The notes under the pieces: model-generated
What the model was told of the DNA's origin: nothing
What the model saw: the letters and a program-made list of their open reading frames with translations, nothing else
Database searches by the model: none
Source: the human T2T-CHM13v2.0 reference genome, Homo sapiens
NCBI RefSeq assembly: GCF_009914755.1
Contig: NC_060932.1
Reading direction: 5' to 3' (one strand)
DNA length: 64,000 nucleotides
Translations under genes and position numbers: made by a program
In this document: piece after piece, positions 43,144 through 55,449 of the stretch
Layout of the letters: every line of letters begins with the position of its first letter
How positions within the stretch are numbered: position 1 is the stretch's first letter

Positions 43144-45595
43144 TGCTAAAATCCTTAACAAAATACTAGCTAACCAAATCCAACAATATATCAAAAAGAT
43201 AATCCACCACAATCAAGTGGGTTTCATACCAGGGATGCAGAGATTGTTTAAAATACTCAAGTCAATAAATGTGATACACCACATAAACAGAATTAAAAAC
43301 AAAAACCACATGATCATCTCAATAGATGCAGAAAAAAGCATTAGACAAAATCCAGTATCCCTCTATGATTAAAACCCTCAGCAAAATCAGTATACAAGGG
43401 ACGTACCTTAATGTAATAAAAGCCATCTAAGACAAACCCACAGCCAACATAATGCTGAATAGGGAAAAGTTGAAGGCATTCCCTCTGAGAATGGGAAGAA
43501 GACAAGGATGCCCACTCTCACCACTCCTCTTCAACAGAGTACTGGAAGTCCTAGCCAGAGCAGTCGGACAAGAGAAAGAAACAAAGGGCATCCAAATCGG
43601 TAAAGAGGAAGTCACACTGTCCCTATTTGCTGATGATATGGTCGTTTACCTTGAAAACCCTAAGGACTCCTCCAGAAAGCTCTTAGAACTGATAAAAGCA
43701 TTCAGCAAAGTTTCTGGATACAAGATTAATGTACACGAATCAGTAGCTCTTCTATACACCAACAGTGACCAAGTGGAGAATCAAATCAAGAACTCAACCC
43801 CTTTTACAACAGCTGCAAAAAACAAACAAACAAAAAAATACTTAGGAATATACCTAACAAAGGTGTCAAAAGACCTCTATAAGGAAAACTACAAAACACT
43901 GCTGAAAGAAATCATAAACAACACAAATAAATTGAAACACATCCCATGCTCATTGATGGGTAGAATCAACATCGTGAAAATAACCATACTGCCAAAAGCA
44001 ATTTACAGATTCAATGCAATCCCCATCAAAATACCACCATCATTCTCCACAGTTAGAAAAAGCAATTCTAAAATTCATATGAAACCAAAAAAGAGCCCAT
44101 ATAGCCAAAGCAAAACGAAGCAAAAAGAACAAATCTGGAGGCATCACACTACCTGATTTCAAACTATAAGGCCATAGTCACCAAAACACCTGGTGGTACT
44201 GGTACAAAAATAGGCACATGGACCAATGGAACAGAATAGAGAACCCAGAAATAAACCCAAATACTTACAGCCAACTGATCAACAAACCAAACAAAAACAT
44301 AAAGTGGAGAAAGGACCTACTTTTCAACAAATGGTGCTGGGATAATTGGCCAGCCACATGTAGGGGAACAAAACTGGATCCTCATCTCTCACTGTATACA
44401 AAAATCAACTCAAGATGGATTAAGGACTTAAACCCAAGGTCTGAAATTATAAAAACTCTAGAAGATAGCATTGGAAAAACCCTTCTAGACACTGGCTTAG
44501 GCGAGTACTTCATCAGCAAAATCCCAAAAGCAAATGCAATAAAAAGAAAGATAAATAGCTGGGACCTAATTAAACTAAAGAGCTTTTGCATGGCAAAAGG
44601 AACAGTCAGCAGATTAAATAGACAACCCACAGAGTGGGAGAAAATCTTCACAATCTATACATCTGACAGAGGACTAATAACCAGAATGTATGATGAACTC
44701 AAACAAATCAGTAAGAAAAAAAACAAACAATCTCTTCAAAAGCAGGCTAAGGACGTGAATAGACAATTTTCAAAAGATACACAAATGGCCAACAACCATA
44801 TGAAAAAATGTTCAACATCAGTAATGATCAGGGAAATGCAAATAAAAACCACAATGTGATGAAACGCAAATAAAAACCACAATGTGATATCACCTTACTC
44901 CTGCAAGAATGGCCATAATTAAAGAATCAAAAAAACAGTAGATGTTGGCGTGGATGCGGTGAACAGGGAACACTTCTACACTGATGGTGGCAATGTAAAC
45001 TAATACAGCCACTGTAGAAAACAGTGTGGAGATTCCTTGAAGAACTAAAAGTGGAATTACCATTTGATCCAGCAATCCCACTACTGGGAATCTACACAGA
45101 GGAAAAGAAGTCAATATTCAAAAAAGATACTTGCACATGCATGTTTATAGCAGCACAATTCACAATTGCAAAATCCTAGAACCAATCCAAATACCCATCA
45201 ATCACCAAGTGGATAAAGAGACTGTGATATATATATGATGGAATACTACTCAGCCATAAAAAGGAATGAATTAACAGCATTTGCAATGACCTGGATGAGA
45301 CTGGAGACTATTATAAGTAGCTCAGGAATGGAAAACCAAACTTGGTATGTTGTCACTGATGTTGGGAGCTAAGCCATGATGATGCAAATGCATAAGAATG
45401 ATACAATGGACTTTGGGGACTTGGGGGGAAGAGTGGGAGGGGGGCGAGGGATAAAAGACAACAAATACAGTACAGCATATACTACTTGGGTGATGGGTAC
45501 ACCAGGATCTCACAAAACACCACTAAAGAACTTACTTATGCAACCAGATACCACCTGTAATCCAGTAATTTAAAGAAAAATAAAATTAAAAAAAA
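43144..45595 (+). mobile_element. L1PB1-like, non-inverted 3' segment (RT, C-terminus, 3'UTR)
   Basis: RT ORF 43452-44156 with FADD motif, ORF 44218-44859, L1PB 3'UTR and A tail. TSD aagatgggggtgg/aaaatggggatgg brackets 42117-45595. Confidence 0.94.
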
Positions 45596-45947
45596 ATGGG
45601 GATGGGAACTTGCATGGGGGAGAGCGTGTGGGTGTGTGAGTGTGTAGCAGCGGGGGCGCGCAGGGGTGGGGATCACGTGCCGGGGTGGGGGTGCAGGAGG
45701 GATGGGAGAAGTAGCAAGGGGGTATACAGGGGGGAGGGGGATAGAGAGCAAAAGGGAAATAGTTGGGGGAGGGAGGACGGAGAGGGAGGGGAGAGCAGAG
45801 GGGGAAGGGTTAGAGCTGGGAGGGAGCCAGGAGGGGAGATTGGTGGGGGCATAGTGAGCAGTGAGAGCAGGTGGGTGGCTAGAGACAAGGAGAGGGAGAG
45901 ACAGGGAGAGGGAGAAACAGGGAGAGGGAGAGAGAGAGAGAGAGAGA
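45596..45947. repeat. G-rich/purine-rich low-complexity tract ending in (GA)n
   Basis: Many G3-G6 runs and a (GA)n end. Confidence 0.9.
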
Positions 45948-46129
45948 AATACAGAACAATATATTCAATAAATGTTTTCCTATTAAAACAAATATAAAGT
46001 TTTCAAATAATGTATACATACTTATGAGCACTTAAGTAGAAAGTAATGGAAATTTTTTTTTTAAATCAGAATTTTCAAATGTGATAGTAGTTCTGTTCAG
46101 GCAAGAATTAAGAGATAATAAACCTTTTT

Positions 46130-46610
46130 GGACAGTGGGTTGTCTGAGGAACAGGATATTTACATGGTCCATAATGTCTCCCCATAGTCTCTTGTAGGTG
46201 CAAGATTTTTCCCTAAGTGTGTCATTAACACATCATCTTAAGCTTAATATTAGGAACGAGGAACTACTGGACATCATGTGCTTTTGGATGTAACAACAAA
46301 AGAAGGCAGCAACATCATCTTTGTAATGTTCAGGCTGGAGAGACAATCTGAATATAATCACAAGACACTATCAGACACATTCAAACTGAATATCATTTTT
46401 ATAAAAATAAGTGATATATACTATGAAAATATCAGTGTCATGAAAGCTAAAAACTTTTTTAGATAATAGGAGGCTTAAAGAGATATGACAACTAAGTGCA
46501 ATATGTAATTCTTGACTGGAACCCATATTGAAGGGAGGAATAAACATTACAAAATATATTACCTTCACAAAATAGGAATATAGATTATAGATTATTGTAT
46601 CAAGAAGTCA
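46130..46610 (+). mobile_element. L1MC4/5-like 3' end fragment
   Basis: atcagacacattcaaactg...gtcatgaaag...aaagagatatgacaactaagtgcaat motif. Confidence 0.7.
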
Positions 46611-46719
46611 AATGCAGTTAGGAAAAAAGTATCAGACAAGAAGCTCTCAACTTTCAGATTATACCTTGGGATCTGTTCATATTGTCCAGCAACCCATATT
46701 TCATAATATGAAACATATA

Positions 46720-47330
46720 GAGCTTTATAATTTACAAAGTATATTTGTATGTATTATGCTATTTTAATTTTGAACCAATATTTAAAATTAAATAGGTGGG
46801 AAATCATCTCATTTTATAGTTTGGAAAACCAGGGCATAAACTGTCAAGAGTTTTCCTCAATGATATGGTTTAGCTCTGTGTCCCCATCAAATCTCATCTC
46901 AAATTGTAATCCTCCAATGTAGAGGGAGGGACTTGGTAGGAGGTGATTGGATCATGGGGGAACAACATCATCTTTATAATATTCAGGCTGGTTATTTTCA
47001 GTTCTATAGTTTCCCCAGTGCTGCTCTCATGATAGTGAATTCTCACAAGATCTGGTGGTTTAAGTGTTTGGCAGTTCTCCCATTGCTTGCTCTCTTTCAT
47101 GCTGCCTTGTGAAGGTGCCTGCTTCTCCTTCGCCTTCTGCTGTGACTGTAAGTTTCCTGAGGCCTCCCCAGCCATGCAGAACTGTGAGTCAATTGAACTT
47201 TTCTTTATAAGTTACCCAGTCTCAGTCAGTTCTTTATACCGGTGTGAAAACAGACTAATACATTCAATAATGACTAAATTGCAGGAGCAGACAGCAATGG
47301 AACCCAATTCATTCTAAGTTTACTGTTTCA
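46720..47330 (-). mobile_element. MIR fragment split by THE1D
   Basis: gctttataatttacaaagt...atctcattttatag...ggaaaacc, resuming after the LTR with gcagga...ggaaccca. Confidence 0.55.
46861..47262 (+). mobile_element. THE1D MaLR solo LTR carrying a 48-bp foreign insert
   Basis: tgatatggtttagctctgtgtcccc...gactaataca with TSD ctcaa/ttcaa. Confidence 0.92.
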
Positions 47331-48174
47331 TACTACCTCATTAAGGACTGGTGGAGATACCTTAAAGTCTTTGTCTATATGTATAAAAGAAGTAATGTGA
47401 ACAAATGCAATTTAGAATGTTTTTCAGTTATTTAGGTCAAAAGAAAGAGGACTCCAATTAATTGTTAGCAAACATTTATAATAATAAACCCAATTATGCA
47501 GAGTACTTGGAATAACCTGATGGAATACAATCCTACTTCATGCAGATGGTAGGCCATGAGAATCCTCTTCATGTCCTTCTGATATCTGAAACTGTTCTAG
47601 TAATTGAAACTATTTAGAGAGTTCAGAAATTGAAATGTAAGTTAAACTAACTTACTCACAGTGTAGGTACAAGCCAGTCATCTTTATGTGATCAGCATGT
47701 TAAAGAAAAGGAAAAAAAAAAAAAAGCTTTTCTGACAGAAGAATTTGATTGAACCAATCATCTTCATTTGGCCTTTGGGGAGTTATATTTGGAATGATGG
47801 ATACTTGGACCACTCAACTGATTGCACTGTTGGATAAGGGATTGTGGTTTCCTGTGGGTTTTGGAGCTTAAATAGTGATTTTTTTTCTGACCCTTAAAAC
47901 ATGGACTCCTGCCTTTCTTCAATAACGTTAGTATATATTTATTTTGTGAAAGGATAATGTATCTTCCAAGCAATTTTAGACTCCTTTATTTTTAAGCATA
48001 CATATTTGGGGAAAGATAATCAATTATAAGGGAAGTATATATAGCTATACAAGCAGATTAATAACACTAAACCTACTTATTACAGTTGAACTGATAACGA
48101 TTATTAATTCATAGATGTCAGTTCCAAGTTGAACCTGGTATTCTGTTAAATCCAGTAAAGTGTACTGATTATAG

Positions 48175-48420
48175 ATAACAGGTTTGGAGCTACATTTCTG
48201 GATTTGAATCCAGTTTCCATGGTTATGAGCTGTGTCCTGGAATAAGTTAACTAACCTCTTTGAGGTATAAAATGTTACAGATATTTTGTCATCTGTAAAT
48301 TGGGGTAACAATAGGATCAATGTCACAGAGTGGCTTTGAAGATTGTCTGGATCAATATACGTGTGGAAGCCAATATAGAGGACAGTACCCAGCATATTAT
48401 AAACAATGAGAAAATTGTTT
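48175..48420 (+). mobile_element. MIR
   Basis: ggatttgaatccagtt...tcatctgtaaattgggg core. Confidence 0.75.
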
Positions 48421-48769
48421 TCTACTTGAAAGTGTCAATGTAGAGATTCGAGATCAATGCTGTTTATCTCCTAAGTCCTCAGAGAGTGAGCTAACACTCA
48501 GAACTGGCTCAAGCATTCTGTGGCATGCACAATTCTGACAGCAAGAGCGTTCTTGTGCTCCTACTTAAATGTAGGAAACCTACATTAACAGTGGGTGAGA
48601 AAGGTGTTATGAGGCACAGCTGGCTGGGAAGATAGTGCCTCTCTGTAGTATGTTTTGCAGGACCAATGTACTCTTTCACCTGTTAGACTGTGGGACCCTT
48701 GAGGGCCACAATTATTATTCTTTTGCTGTTAAAGAGTCCCTATGTTTGGTGTGTTAACAGATGCTTAAT

Positions 48770-48915
48770 TAGGGTGAGCGTATGACCCACTTCATATGAC
48801 CCAGTTCTCCTGAGAAAGGCCTAATCTTATACCCATTGCCCCAGCATAATTAGTAATAGCCACTTTGGACTCTCTAAAGTGTCTCAACTTGGATAATCAA
48901 TTACACATTCTTCCT
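48770..48915. mobile_element. MER94-like hAT-Blackjack MITE
   Basis: agggtga... terminus and internal ataattagtaatagc...ctctctaaagtgtc...ttggataat. Confidence 0.55.
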
Positions 48916-50028
48916 GTTAACAATAGTAGCTGAAGGGACAAAGTCCTCTCCCTATCTGTGTCTCAGCCTGTCTTCTACATCTAATTTATGCTTTCCCGTC
49001 TTTTCAGTATTTTCCCCCATAAATAATAAATGAAGAAGGTATTATATTCAAGCAGTAATAGGCATTAATGTATTTTTAGTTTGTTTATTCCTTTTTATAG
49101 AACTGAGATAAAATAGTGGGACGCTTCCCAAAATGTTATTTAATAGAAAACAGCTTTTCTTTAAATCTATTTAAACTTTATGAAAGTTAACATGTAAAGA
49201 AGTCATTTTAGAGAAGTTGTTTGAAGAGGCAGTTTTACAATGTAAATAGAGGCAGTTGTAAAATTGTTTATCAATATCTAGCACAAAGAGAGTTTCCTTG
49301 ATGGCATCTCCACATATTTGAACTATCTGTGGGCAACAATTTTGTTTAAAATGATTCTATCAGTGCAGTAACATTTCAAAGGATGTGCAAATACCAACTT
49401 GATCCCATTATAAGTTTCTAAAATCCCATTATAATAGATTTCTAAAAGAACTTGATAATTAAATTATTTTCAAATGGAAACATCTATAATTTCAGGGATT
49501 TCATGGAAGCAACTCAAGAACACTAGAAGAATTATTTTTGCTAGTATACTCGTACATTGTTACAGTCATGTGTGTTCTTTCATCCATTTTTCCAAAAATA
49601 ATTTGATTTAGTTAATTCTTCAGGTATTTTCATTTACATAATTCATCACAATTGAAGTTCAGCCAACCCAGGATATTACCTTCCTTTGTTGCAATGACAT
49701 ACTCAGTCACTAATTACAAAGACATTATTCAGACACATTTTATCTTGTAATTTGTGCCCATTAACCATAGTAGAAAGAAAAATGATATCCTATCCTACTG
49801 CTTATTTTCTCTTTAAATATAGCAACAGAAAACAATAAATACAGTATTGGTGGAGATACGGACTCTCCCTCCCACCAACTCTTTCCTTATCCTCTAGCTC
49901 TGTACTCTATGTAGTATGTCTTTTACATTTGTGTTATTTCAAGCAATAATTACATTAATTTTAGTTTAAGACAACAAATACTAGTCTAAACGTGTCCCTT
50001 CACTTCATATTTATTTATCCTCTTCTCC

Positions 50029-50270
50029 TGACGGATTCAGAGCACACTACCCCAATATAACACTTTGGTATACTGAATATTTTAAGTTGAAGGAAGCTGA
50101 GAAAATTGCAGAAGCAGGAAAGTCTGACCATCTTCCATCCTTCTTCCCTTAAGTGGTGCATAAAACTTAGAATTTTCAGTCCTTCCCCTGAAATAGGTCA
50201 TAAGACCCTCATGTAAGTGGTACCTACCCTATAATCAGAAGAACAGAACATCCTTCTCTCTCAAGACAGA
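50029..50270 (+). mobile_element. ERV1 LTR fragment (MER67-like)
   Basis: tgacggattcag...ctaccccaa...tgaatattttaagttgaagga...gaagcaggaa. Confidence 0.6.
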
Positions 50271-50459
50271 AGTTATAAGCTGAGACCAAGTCCACTGACC
50301 TAACATTTTAAGAAATTTTATGTAAACATCCTTGTGGGGAATGGGTTCTGAACTTGTATATGATGTTCAAAGTAGTTCTAGACCCCAAAATGCTTGAGAA
50401 CCAATAGACCACTATCACCAAGGTACTCTCTAATTGCCTTCACTGTCTGCCCAAGAGTT

Positions 50460-51150
50460 AGTTGCTTAATTTATTAGCCATATATTTATTAATGATCTCT
50501 AAGTGCAAGGCCACAGAAGAAAATAATGAGGGGCTCTGAACTTTAGTATCTTACTATCTCTTAAGTGAGAGACAAAATAGTAATTCTAATAGAATGTGAT
50601 AAAAGCTATGATAGGCCAGGAGGAGTGGCTCATGCCTGCAATCCCACTTTGGGAGGCCGAGGCAGGCAGATAACTTGAGGTCAGGAGTTCGAGACCAGAG
50701 TGACCCACATGGTGAAACCCCATCTCTACTTAAAAAAAGACAAAAAACAAAAACAAAAACAAAAAAAGCTTAACCGGGCATGGTGGCACAGGCCTGTTAA
50801 TCCTAGCTACTCAGGAGGCTGAGGCAGGAGAATGCAGGTTGGAGTAAGCCAAGATAGCGCCACTGCACTCCAGCCTGGGCAACACAGCAAGACTCCATCT
50901 CAATCAATCAATCAGTCAATACATGCTATGATAGAGATATCATCAAATTATTGAGAAGTCATTCAAATAAGACTAGGAATGTCAGTGTGAGAAGAGCTGT
51001 CCTTACAGAGAACATGACATTTGACCCATGTCTTGACAGGTAAAAAAGGAGACAAGTAGATTGCAAGCTTTGGAAACAGGATAAAGAAAGGATGTTAAGT
51101 GTGAAATATTTGGAGGAACAGCAAAAATGGCTGGAGTATAGCATGTAAAA
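50460..51150 (-). mobile_element. LINE-2 3' fragment split by an Alu
   Basis: atatttatt...aagtgcaaggc, agaatgtgataaaagctatgatagag and ggctggagtatag motifs. Confidence 0.6.
50614..50922 (+). mobile_element. AluS with internal deletion and (TCAA)n tail
   Basis: Alu dimer with TSD gctatgata/gctatgata. Confidence 0.94.
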
Positions 51151-51157
51151 AGGAGTT

Positions 51158-51663
51158 GAGAGACTCTCTCCTTGACCAAACTTTAGCCAGACTCCTATAA
51201 TAGGAGTCTTAATAGACTTGATCTACATCTATCAATAGACTTAAAAGACCTTTTCTTAATAGGCTTGTCCTTGGCCCTTGTACTCAGGACTGTATATCCT
51301 AGTTTTAGAAAGATTTCTGCCAAGTCAGTTTAGGGAGAATCCCTCAACCTTGGTATCTGATCAAATTCCTCATTCCCCCACAATTCCTGAAATGATAGCT
51401 GATCACCCTGACCTTCCTTCAGCAAGAATCCTGTTAGGTCAGTTTAGAAAGAACTTCCCTTACCTTTAATGTCTCCTCTTAGTAATTCCACACTCCCTCC
51501 AAACAAACAACATAAAAACATGTTTCTTGGCTATAAATTCTTATTTGTCTTGTTGTATTCAGAATTGAGCCCAATTCTATACTAAGGTCTGTTTTACCCT
51601 ATTTCAATAGTTCCTAAGTAAAATCTGCCTTTACTGCTTTAACCTTTCTGGTTTTCTTTAATA
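51158..51663 (+). mobile_element. MER31-like ERV1 solo LTR
   Basis: gactctctccttgaccaaactttag...tctgatcaaattcctcat...cagcaagaatcctgttaggtcagtttag...cttggctataaattc. Confidence 0.75.
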
Positions 51664-52089
51664 AGGTGAGGTGGATAATTAGGCCAGAGGCAGGAAGGGA
51701 CACAGTGTAAGGGATTTACAGGGCAGGTTAAGTAGTTTCACATTTATTAAGATAATAGTTCTCAATTTGGGGGTTCATGTATCCCTTCCAGAGGTGTGGG
51801 AATGAGTCTAAATACTGTTGTCAACACTAAGTCTATAAGAGGTGTAATAGATATTTACCCAAAATAAAATTTAACCTTGTGCTGACAGTTCAAAATCTAT
51901 TGATTAACTAATGCATTTTGGAATCAAAATGTTGCAAAATGTGGGGTTATTGGACAAAAAACCTTAATGACATGTTTTGCATGGTTTGTAAACATGCTGT
52001 CAATGATGGATAGTGATTCCATTAACTTAGACTGGGAATAAGACATTTAATAGACAACTCCAATGGCCCAGTCGTAGAGGAGTTTAAAT

Positions 52090-52352
52090 ATGAATTATGT
52101 ATTAGGTAATACAATTATACAATGCTAAATTTCCCAAGTATAATAATTATTCCTAGGAGATACATGCTGAAGTATTTAGGGTAAAATATCAAGATGTTTA
52201 CGTTGAACTCTCAAGTGATCCTGAAAAAATACATACCATAAAAATTAGTCAATGTGGCAAATTAACAATTGATGAATCTAGGTGAAGGTATTTGAATATT
52301 CATTATACTATTTTAGCAATCTTTCTGAAGACTTAGTTTTCAAAATACAAAG
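52090..52352 (+). mobile_element. L1ME/L1MC 3' end fragment
   Basis: gagatacatgctgaagtatttaggg...gatgaatctaggtgaagg...cattatactatttt. Confidence 0.75.
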
Positions 52353-52794
52353 GGAAAAAGGGAGGTAGAACTGGTAAAAGATAAAAATAGGAGTGATAAG
52401 CATGAAAGATGTGAACCAGATTCAAGCAATGGTAATGAAGACAGCGATTTGTGTCTGAGAAGCTGAGAAACAGCTTAAAGAGGAGGCACCATTTGGAAGA
52501 AACTATTTGAAGATTGATATGGTAAAGAAGGAGAGGTGAACTGGCAAGGAAGACAGCTGTAAAAAATTGCTACAATAGCCCGGGAGAAGACTCAACTAGT
52601 GCTTGAAAGCAGGTGAGTTTGTTGAAGGGGGACTGTACCAAAACCAATTCTAAAAACCGTTTTAGTTTTTGAGAAGTTGGAGGCAAAACATCCTTTGCTG
52701 TTTTTCATTACAGACTTATTTCTATTATTTGACACAGTTTAATAGTTAATAGTTTCTTAGAGAAGATTGATTCCTCTTTTTAGTAGCAGTAATA

Positions 52795-53020
52795 TAATAA
52801 TAATAATTAACATCTATGAATACTTGCTATCTTCAAAGGACTAGGCAATGAGCTTTGGCTACATAACAGGTTTAATTCTTGCAAAAATCCTGTAAGAGGA
52901 TGGTAATCTTATCGATAGTCCAATTTTACCAACGAGAAACTAGAGAGATTTAATTACACGCCTAAGGTCACTCAGCTTGGAGGCTACAGACCCCAAAGCC
53001 TGTGCTCTGAAACATACGAT
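52795..53020 (-). mobile_element. MIR
   Basis: taataattaacat...ccaattttac...gaaact...cctaaggtcac. Confidence 0.7.
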
Positions 53021-53783
53021 TCTTATTTTGTTGGAGAAATATTAAAATCCCACAGAGTACTGCCAACTCCTCATTAATTAAGAAAATCACAATTTCAATG
53101 GCTTATTCATTTTCAGAATTACTGTAAACTTAATCTTAATGCAGTAGGCTTATAGGCTGCCCTCCTTTACAACTCTTTTCTAATTTGAAGCATTTTGTAA
53201 ATTTGATTTTTTTTAAGAGGAGACCTAACTCTGATTATGGAAAAGCCTAACTGAAACATGAATTAAAGAACAGGCTATAAGAGATTACAGATAAATATTT
53301 TTGAAATGGGAAACAGATATCTTGATTAGTACTTCAATGGCATGGTACTTTCCATGAGTTCAGCAGAAATATATCAAGAGGTTAAAAATGATCAGTAATG
53401 AAAAAAATCAGGGCCAAACCTTGTCTGCTGGTTGAGTAAACGTACATGTTTTCACCAACTTTTTCTTCAATTTCTTACATGAAACCACAGGTCAGCTGCT
53501 CAATCAATTAGGCCTTATTCCAGGATTCTAGAAATGGTCAGACTAGGAGGTAGGCAATGAGTGAAATGATAAATTAGCCACAGGTAACAGATGGACCAGA
53601 TGAAATGGCATGAACAAGTGAGGAGGGTGAGGATTCTTCAGAGATCCTCCCTCAGAGAGACCCAGGAGACTGCCAGTTGTATTGGCCTGACAATGAATAA
53701 CAAGTGAAAAGTATATATTTGGTTTAAATGTTGCTTTTCCCAGAATAAAATTTATCAACTAAGTTCATAATTTAAAAAATTTT

Positions 53784-54372
53784 AAATGGTGCAGCCACCT
53801 TGGAAAACAGTCTGGCAGTTCCTCAAAAGGTTAAACATAGAATTACTGTATGATTTAGCAATTGCATTCTTAGGTATATGCCCAAAGAGACGTGAAAGTA
53901 TATTCCCACGCAAAACCTTATATACAAATGTTCACAGAAGCATTGTTTAGAATAGTCAAAAAGCGAAAGCAACCTAAAAGTCCATCACCTGATGAAAAAA
54001 CGTTAAAATATAGTATATCTTAAATGAAATAAAACCAAATGAACTATTGGTGCAGGCTACAGCATGGCTGAACCTTAAACATTGTGCTAACTTAAAGAAG
54101 CCAGGCACACAAGGCGACATGATCCCATTTACATGAAATGTCCACAGCAGGAAAATCCAGAGAGAGAGAGAATAGTGGTTTCCTAAGACTAAAGGAAGCA
54201 GGAGTTGGGGGATGAAAGTTAAATGATATGGGTTTCTTCTGAGGGTGATGAAAGTGTTCCAAAAGCGATTGTAGTGATGGTTGCACAATGGAATTACTAA
54301 AAAAGTATTAAATTGTATACTTTAAATAGGTGTATTATATACGAAAAATCTCAATAAATCTGTTACAAAAAA
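53784..54372 (+). mobile_element. L1MB-like 3' end
   Basis: gcagccaccttggaaaacagtctggcagttcctcaaaaggttaaacatag...tcaataaa and A tail. Confidence 0.85.
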
Positions 54373-54589
54373 CCAATTTGGCTAAACAGAGAAATGTTTC
54401 TGTTTTGTTTTTAAGTAAGAATCATTTCTTTTGCCTTCTACTTTTCTGCTACTGGTGGCTCTTCAAGGATGCAAAGATGAAGCCTTCAGATCCATTAGTT
54501 TTGAGCCAAATTTATCTCATAGTAGTAGGTGGTAGGAAAAAAATGTTGTATATGCATAGCTTATGTCATATATGGTTGGAGAACAGCAT

Positions 54590-54770
54590 GGACTAATATA
54601 GAAAAGATAAAACTTGCATTCAGAAAAACTGGGGTTGAGACTTGCCCCTGCTAATCACTGTCTGTTTAACCCTGAATAGGTAACTAATCTCTGTGAATCT
54701 GTTTGCTGGTTTGTACAATTTGATTGAATAACAACTACCACCTTACATAATTATAGATCGATAAAAATAA
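54590..54770 (+). mobile_element. MIR fragment
   Basis: cagaaaaactggggttgagact...ctctgtgaatctgtttg core. Confidence 0.55.
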
Positions 54771-55084
54771 TAGGTTCATTTATCTATTCAAAGCTATGGT
54801 AGGGGATATACTGGCTTGTTGACTTTCAGAGAGGCTGACAGAAGTGAGCCAAGACACTCAGAGCAGGTGAGAACATCACATGATTCAGATTAGGAAGTTA
54901 AGGAAATACCTCTTAGGATAGATGATCCCTCAGCTGATTCTTGAACAGGGAGGATTTCAGCAGGTGAGAAAGCATGGTGGTGGGGTTGGTACCTGGAAAA
55001 GGAGAAGCTAGATGAAGGCTCAGAGGTGCATCTGAGGGGAGTGTTGAAGGCATTTTATTTAGTCAGAATTTGAGCTGTAGCTAA

Positions 55085-55257
55085 CTGTGCTCCTCAAACC
55101 ATTATCATTAGCATCACATGGAACTTCTTAGGGTTGCAATTTGTCAGCTCCCACCAGAAACCTAATGAGTCAGATTCTGAGGATAAGGCTCAGCAGTCTA
55201 TGGTCTAACAAGTCCTCCAGGTGATTGGGATACACAGTCAAGCTTCAGAACTATTGG
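55085..55257. mobile_element. MER5A-like MITE
   Basis: attagcatcacatggaact...gagtcagattctg...taacaagtcctccaggtgatt...agaactattg. Confidence 0.7.
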
Positions 55258-55449
55258 ATTAAAACATTGGGTACCATGGCAAGAGATATGTCTACACTAA
55301 TTGAATATTTATAGAGTTTAAAAAGACAATCTTATATGTGGAATTATACACTTTAAGGTATCTGCCACTTTAGGCTATTTATTTGGAAACAGAAAAGGTT
55401 CAAGATAAAGTTTAATATTATTTAGATATATTATTATTTTGATAAGTTG

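Noticed and set aside
43452-44859. 234-aa and 213-aa reverse-transcriptase-related ORFs as a novel RT system
   Set aside because: These are ordinary frameshifted L1PB ORF2 fragments.
45596-45997. Gly/Arg/Glu-rich 133-aa ORF
   Set aside because: It is an artefact of low-complexity purine sequence.
47650-47730. Minus-strand micro-exon (pyrimidine tract ... gtaagt)
   Set aside because: The AG lies far from the tract, the segment is only ~26 nt, and the tract is a simple poly(A).
50280-50410. Possible MER5/Charlie remnant ending in ttgagaacca
   Set aside because: Only one TIR-like end is visible.
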